Shown here in pieces: positions 57,480-64,000 of a DNA stretch of 64,000 bases (positions are counted from its first letter, which is position 1; each line of letters starts with the position of its first letter). The DNA comes from Eledone cirrhosa (Eukaryota), in the NCBI GenBank assembly GCA_964016885.1, contig OZ024751.1:43338001-43402000 (forward strand). Reading direction: 5' to 3'. The notes beneath the pieces are model-generated. The model made no database searches. It was not told the origin of the DNA and saw nothing but the letters and a program-made list of their open reading frames with translations. Both the position numbers and the translations under genes were made by a program.

Positions 57480-58047
57480 AACAACAATAACAACAGCGAC
57501 AACAAAAAACAATAGCAGTAGCACCAACAGTTACAACGAAAATAACAACAACACCACAATAATAATGATAACAGCAACAACAATAAGAACAACAGCAGCC
57601 ACAGCAACGACAACAACAACCACAACAATAACAACAACAACAGCAATAATAGTATCAACAACAACACTATAATAACAACAACAATAATAATCATAACAGC
57701 AACAACAATAACAATAACAACAGCCACAACAACAACAAAAACGACAACGACGACAACAACGACAACAGCAATAATAGTAACAACAACAACAGCAATAATA
57801 ACAACAACATCAACAACAACAACAATAATAATAATCATAACAACAACAACAATAACAATAACAGCAACGACAACAAAAACCACAACAATAACAACAACAA
57901 CAGCAATAATAGTAACAACAACAACAACAACAACAGCAATAATAACAACAACAACAGCCACAACAATAACAACAACAACAGCCACAACCATGACAACAAC
58001 AACCACAGCAATAACAACAACAACAGCAACAGACATACAGCAACAGC
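57480..58047. repeat. (AAC/AAT)n compound microsatellite
   Basis: Direct inspection. Confidence 0.9.
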
Positions 58048-58358
58048 ATGCTTCACCACGCATCACCACGAACGGTCTCTTCAAAGAGACAGAATATAGG
58101 GCATGATTCTATGTGAAAAATGAATGAAAACAAAACAGCAATATGGCCGCCGTTAGAGATTCTGTTTTGGTATTTGTCTGTTGGCTTAAGTAATATGGCG
58201 GTATAGAGACATCTGACTGTATTAAATTACATCAGGATCGTCCCACCGACATTACAACATTGTTCACTCTTGTTGTTCCTTATTCCTTCCTTCCCACTTC
58301 CTCTCCCTCTCCCTCTCTCTCTCTCTATCTATCTATCTCTCTATCTATCTATCTCTTT

Positions 58359-58389
<31 letters not shown>

Positions 58390-58420
58390 CTCTCTCGCTC
58401 TCGCTCTCTCTCTCTCTCTT

Positions 58421-58455
<35 letters not shown>

Positions 58456-58555
58456 CTATTCTCTCTCTCTCTGTCTGTCTGTCTCTTCTCTCTCTCTCTC
58501 TCTATCTCTATCTATCTATCTACACGCACACACATATATATGTATGTATATATAT

Positions 58556-58587
<32 letters not shown>

Positions 58588-58610
58588 TTATATATATATA
58601 TATATCTATA

Positions 58611-58647
<37 letters not shown>

Positions 58648-58978
58648 CTCTCTATCTCTCTCTTCACCACAAGCCATGAAGTCACAGGGCTGCAATGAAT
58701 TGTATATCCCCCACCCTCAATCCCCCACCCCGGCCTCGTTCTACTCCCTTCAACCCTACTTCAATTCTCCTCAACAACCCACTAAAGCTTACACTCCCCA
58801 TCCCTCGTTGTCTTTCATGCACTTTCTCTCTCTCTCTCTCTCTCTATCTATCTCTCTCTCACACACCTATCACCACTTTTCTCTCAACTTCTGTCTCTCT
58901 CTTTCCCCATCATCACTCCACTCCACTCCAATCTCTCTCTCCTCTCAATCTCTCTCTTTCCCCATCATCACTCCACTC

Positions 58979-59051
<73 letters not shown>

Positions 59052-59529
59052 CAATCTCTCTCTTTCCCCATCATCACTCCACTCCACTCCAATCTCTCTC
59101 TCCACTCCAATCTCTCTCTTTCCCCATCATCACTCCACTCCAATCTCTTTCTTCTCTCAATCTCTCTCTTTCCCCATCATCACTCCACTCCAATCTCTCT
59201 CTCTCCCTCCCCTTTTCCTCCACCACCACTGCCTTCTCCCTCCCTCCCACTCTCTCTCACTTCCTCTTTCCTCCACCACCACAGCCTCCTCTCTCTCGCG
59301 TTTCTTTTAAAAATCTATCCCATTCTTTTAATGTTTTCTTAAGATTTCCAGAGGAAATGCTTTCTACGCTAGGAATGTTGCTTTAAATAATACATACACA
59401 CATACACACACACACATATATATATATATATACATACATACATATACACAAACGTACACGTATATACATACATACATACATACATACACACATACATACA
59501 TACATACATACATACATACATACATACAT

Positions 59530-59562
<33 letters not shown>

Positions 59563-59655
59563 TACATACACACACACATACATACACTCATGTGTACACA
59601 TATATACATATAAACATACACACATATATACATACATATATATACACTTTTATAC

Positions 59656-59716
<61 letters not shown>

Positions 59717-59929
59717 TGTGTACGCGTGTATGTGTGTGTGTCTGTATATATAATTGTGTGAGTGTGTGTTTATGTATGTATATGTATACATTAACAGTTA
59801 GACTTATTCCTACATTACCATATGTTTCGTAGACGTAAATGCAGGCATCTAACTCTTCGATGAAATAACATCTATGATAAACGTTTGTATTTGTTTACGA
59901 AACCAACGGTAATGCAGGAATCAGTGAGA

Positions 59930-60007
<78 letters not shown>

Positions 60008-60010
<3 letters not shown>

Positions 60011-60143
60011 TTTATCCCGGGTTCAATCGGGGGTAACCACAGTAAGTAAGGTACTCAATACATAGCAGAGTATAAATATTTAATATAGAAATGGCTTCTA
60101 TAGGTCTAAAACTGTTTCATTCGGGAGAAATCATTAGGAAGCC
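60008..60143 (-). mobile_element. Family C element with decayed HHR (60093-60143)
   Basis: ggcttc-CTAATGA-tttc tccc gaat-GAAA-cagttttagacct-ATA-gaagcc. Confidence 0.72.
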
Positions 60144-60478
60144 TATATATATATACATATATATTTATATATATATATATAGGCTATATATATTATATAT
60201 ATGTGTGTGTGTGTACGAATGTATGTATGTATGTATGTATGTATGTATAATTCAAAATAAGAGCACAGCTATAAGGACATACACCGGAAAATACAAAGAC
60301 ATATCCCTTTTTGTCAGTTAACTACACACATCACCATATGTGTGTATCAGTGTGCGTCTGTGTCTGTCAATGTGTGTCTGTGGGTGTATGTGTGTCAGTG
60401 TGTGTGTATGTATGTACATATAGTTTTACATAAGTATGTGTATGACATGGTGTTTTATTGTCCTGTTTTCTTCCCCAG

Positions 60479-60611
60479 AAATCAAGAAACCTTTACAGCT
60501 CTCCTGTTACGACGCCATTCACAACTCTCAAGTCAACGAAACACTATGTCCCGCTGAACCAATTCTTTATTTATTCAACAAATGGTGCTCAAGTGAATCA
60601 ATGTGCTTTGG
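60479..60611 (+). CDS. ADAMTS-like exon H (TSP1 repeat, second half); frame not in the ORF track
   Basis: ttttcttccccAG|AA, GG|GTaagt; phase 1 to 2; 133 nt like exon B. EIKKPLQLSCYDAIHNSQVNETLCPAEPILYLFNKWCSSESMCFG has 4 Cys in TSP1 spacing. Confidence 0.8.
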
Positions 60612-60689
60612 GTAAGTAACAGATTAGAAATGTCCTTCCTTCTTCCTCTATATTCTTTGGCTCAGTAAAAATGTATCACCAATCTTTGA

Positions 60690-61080
60690 ATTTTCTTGAT
60701 ATTCTTGAGGTATCTGTAAAAATTGGTCACCAATCTCTGGGGTCATTAAAAATTGGTCACCACTGTTTTAGGTTAGCAATAAAATTTCTCGATATGCTTT
60801 GAATCAGTAAGAACTGGTCAGCAATGTTTTGGATCAATAAGAATCAGGTCAGTAAGGTCAATTAGGTCAGTAAGAATCAGTCGCCAATGTTTTGGGTCGT
60901 TAAGTATCGGTCGCCAATGTTTTGGGTCGTTAAAAAATGGTTACCAATGTGTTGGGTCATTAAGAATCGGTCTCCAATGTTTTGTGGGTCGTTAAAAATG
61001 GTCACCAATGTTTTGGGTCGTTAAGAAATAGTCTCCAGTGGGTTGGATCGTTAAGAAATGGCCACCAATGTTTTGACCCA
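60690..61080. repeat. Degenerate about 30-bp tandem repeat (caccaatgttttgggtcgttaagaattggt)
   Basis: About 12 diverged units after exon H. Confidence 0.75.
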
Positions 61081-61231
61081 GAAAGAATTCCGTCACTAAT
61101 GTTTAAATTTTTACGATATTCTTTGAGGAGGTCTTCAAATTTGAGGGAGGTTTGGTAAGGACCGGTTGCGAACTTCTCAAATGTCTTTTTGTGAGTAAAC
61201 CGCAAACCTTGTTCACAATTATTTTGACACT

Positions 61232-61282
<51 letters not shown>

Positions 61283-61577
61283 TATTTATAAATATGTATG
61301 TAAGTATGTGTGTATGTATATATGTATATATATATATATGTATGTATATATCTATGTATATATGAATGTATGTACGTATGTATGTTCGTATATATGTACG
61401 TATGTATGAAATATGTATGTATATATCTATGTATATATGAATGTATGTACGTATGTATGTACGTATGTATGTACGTATGTATGAACGTATGTATGTACAT
61501 ATGTATGCATATATGTATGTTTATATGAATATATGTATGTATATATGTATGTATATATGTGTGTATATATATGTACG

Positions 61578-61609
<32 letters not shown>

Positions 61610-62118
61610 TATTTGAATGTATGTACGTATGTATGTATATATGTGTGTATATATGCATGCATATATTTATGTATGTATGTATCTATATATATATGCACAT
61701 ATGTATGTATATATGGATGTATGTACGTATGTACGTATGTATGTATATATATATATATGTACAATATGTCTTATTCACAATGACAACTCTATATAATGAC
61801 ATTACACGTATGTACAAGAAATCACATTATATTCAACATCTGAAATAAAACAATGACACCAACGACAACATTAAATCCGTCATTTACAGAAGTTTCCCAT
61901 TTTTTCTAATTATTTTACTGTTATTCTTTCTATTTATTTACTTCTATATTTGTTGGTTTATTTATGTATTTGTTGCTTTGTTTCTTTGTTTGTTTATTTT
62001 GTTAATTTTGTTTATGTATTTCTTCTTCTCTGGATCCCTATCTCTAACTATATATCATTTATTCCGTCAACATGTGTTAGCTCTGCTTCACCAGTTAAGA
62101 TGTAAGGTATAGTGTATG

Positions 62119-62181
<63 letters not shown>

Positions 62182-62186
62182 ATATA

Positions 62187-62226
<40 letters not shown>

Positions 62227-62353
62227 AATGTATATATATTTATATGTATATATGTATATATATTTATATATATTTGTATGTAGTATGTATATATGTATGT
62301 AAATATGTATATATATATGTATATACATGTGTGTGTATATATATGTGTATATA

Positions 62354-62401
<48 letters not shown>

Positions 62402-62564
62402 AATGTATATATATTTATATGTATATATGTATATATATTTATATATATTTGTATGTAGTATGTACATATGTATGTATATATGTATATATATATGTATATA
62501 CATGTGTGTGTATATATATGTGTATATATATGTGAATATATATATGTGTATATATATGTATATG

Positions 62565-62619
<55 letters not shown>

Positions 62620-62704
62620 GTATATATATATGTATATATATATATACATATATGTATATATGTATATATATATATATATGTATATAGATATATATGTGTG
62701 TATA

Positions 62705-62747
<43 letters not shown>

Positions 62748-62750
62748 ATG

Positions 62751-62783
<33 letters not shown>

Positions 62784-62814
62784 ATGTATATATATATATA
62801 TATGTGTGTGTATG

Positions 62815-62919
<105 letters not shown>

Positions 62920-62934
62920 GTATATAGATATATA

Positions 62935-62977
<43 letters not shown>

Positions 62978-63189
62978 GAGGGTTGTTAAGATGAGGACTT
63001 CAGCAACAGCAACAATAACAACAACAACAACAACAACAACAACAGTAACCATATCTTTCAACACTGTAGCATTTCCTGTAAATATCCAGTTACATTATTC
63101 GTCAGATGATATCAAAGAGTTTCCATTTTTCTACATTTAAATATGGAATAATCTCCGTTGGCGATCAGTTACCATCAGTTAAAACAACA

Positions 63190-64000
63190 AGAACAACAAC
63201 AACATCAACAACTACAACAAACAACAATACCACCACCACCATCACCATCAACCTCAGCAACAACAACAAACAGCAACAAACAACAACACCACCATCACCA
63301 TCAACCTCAGCAACAACAACAAACAGCAACAAACAACAACACCACCACCACCATCACCATCAACCTCAGCAACAACAACAAACAGCAACAAACAACAACA
63401 CCACCACCACCACCACCATCAACCTCAGCAACAACAACAACAAACAGCAACAAACAACAACACCACCACCACCACCACCATCAACCTCAGCAACAACAAT
63501 AACAAACAGCAACAAACAACAACACCACCACCACCACCACCACCATCAACCTCAGCAACAACAGCAAACAGCAACAAACAACAACACCACCACCACCACC
63601 ACCATCAACCTCAGCAACAACAGCAAACAGCAACAAACAACAACACCACCACCACCATCAACCTCAGCAACAACAACAAACAGCAACTAACAACAACACC
63701 ACCACCACCACCACCATCAACCTCAGCAACAACAACAACAAACAGCAACAAACAACAACACCACCACCACCACCACCATCAACCTCAGCAACAACAGCAA
63801 ACAGCAACAAACAACAACACCACCACCACCACCACCATCAACCTCAGCAACAACAGCAAACAGCAACAAACAACAACACCACCACCACCATCACCATCAA
63901 CCTCAGTAACAACAGCAACAAACAACAACACCACCATCAACCTCAGCAACAACAACAAACAGCAACAAACAACAACACCACCATCAACCTCAGCAACAAC
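63190..64000. repeat. Compound minisatellite (cac)n-catcaacctcag-(caa)n-acagcaacaaac, running off the window end
   Basis: Direct inspection. Confidence 0.92.

Overview
Eukaryotic, microsatellite-saturated animal DNA. The SINE families and very high (TA)n/(CA)n density suggest an octopus/coleoid cephalopod, which is an inference. The whole window lies inside one + strand gene. Eight phase-compatible GT-AG exons (7363-7906, 21642-21774, 24011-24212, 24578-24716, 25094-25193, 36785-36915, 48835-48993, 60479-60611) splice into about 513 codons of an ADAMTS-like protein (ADAMTSL1/3, punctin/MADD-4 type: end of the Cys-rich module plus TSP1 repeats). Almost all other ORF-track entries are microsatellite artefacts. 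The introns hold tRNA-derived SINEs, RTE and R4-type LINE fragments, two MITEs and several minisatellites. The main hidden signal is a dense set of short non-coding insertions from about ten unrelated families. They sit in (TA)n tracts, carry type I hammerhead ribozyme (HHR) motifs, and often occur as fold-back palindromes with a one-sided tail, which resembles Penelope-like pLTRs or retrozymes. They show covarying stems, unusual core variants (U3:A8, mismatched 10.1/11.1 pair, long stem II), inversion points inside the ribozyme, a circularly permuted tandem copy and a shared 3' GAGTRC motif. All alignments and folds were made by eye; no searches were run.
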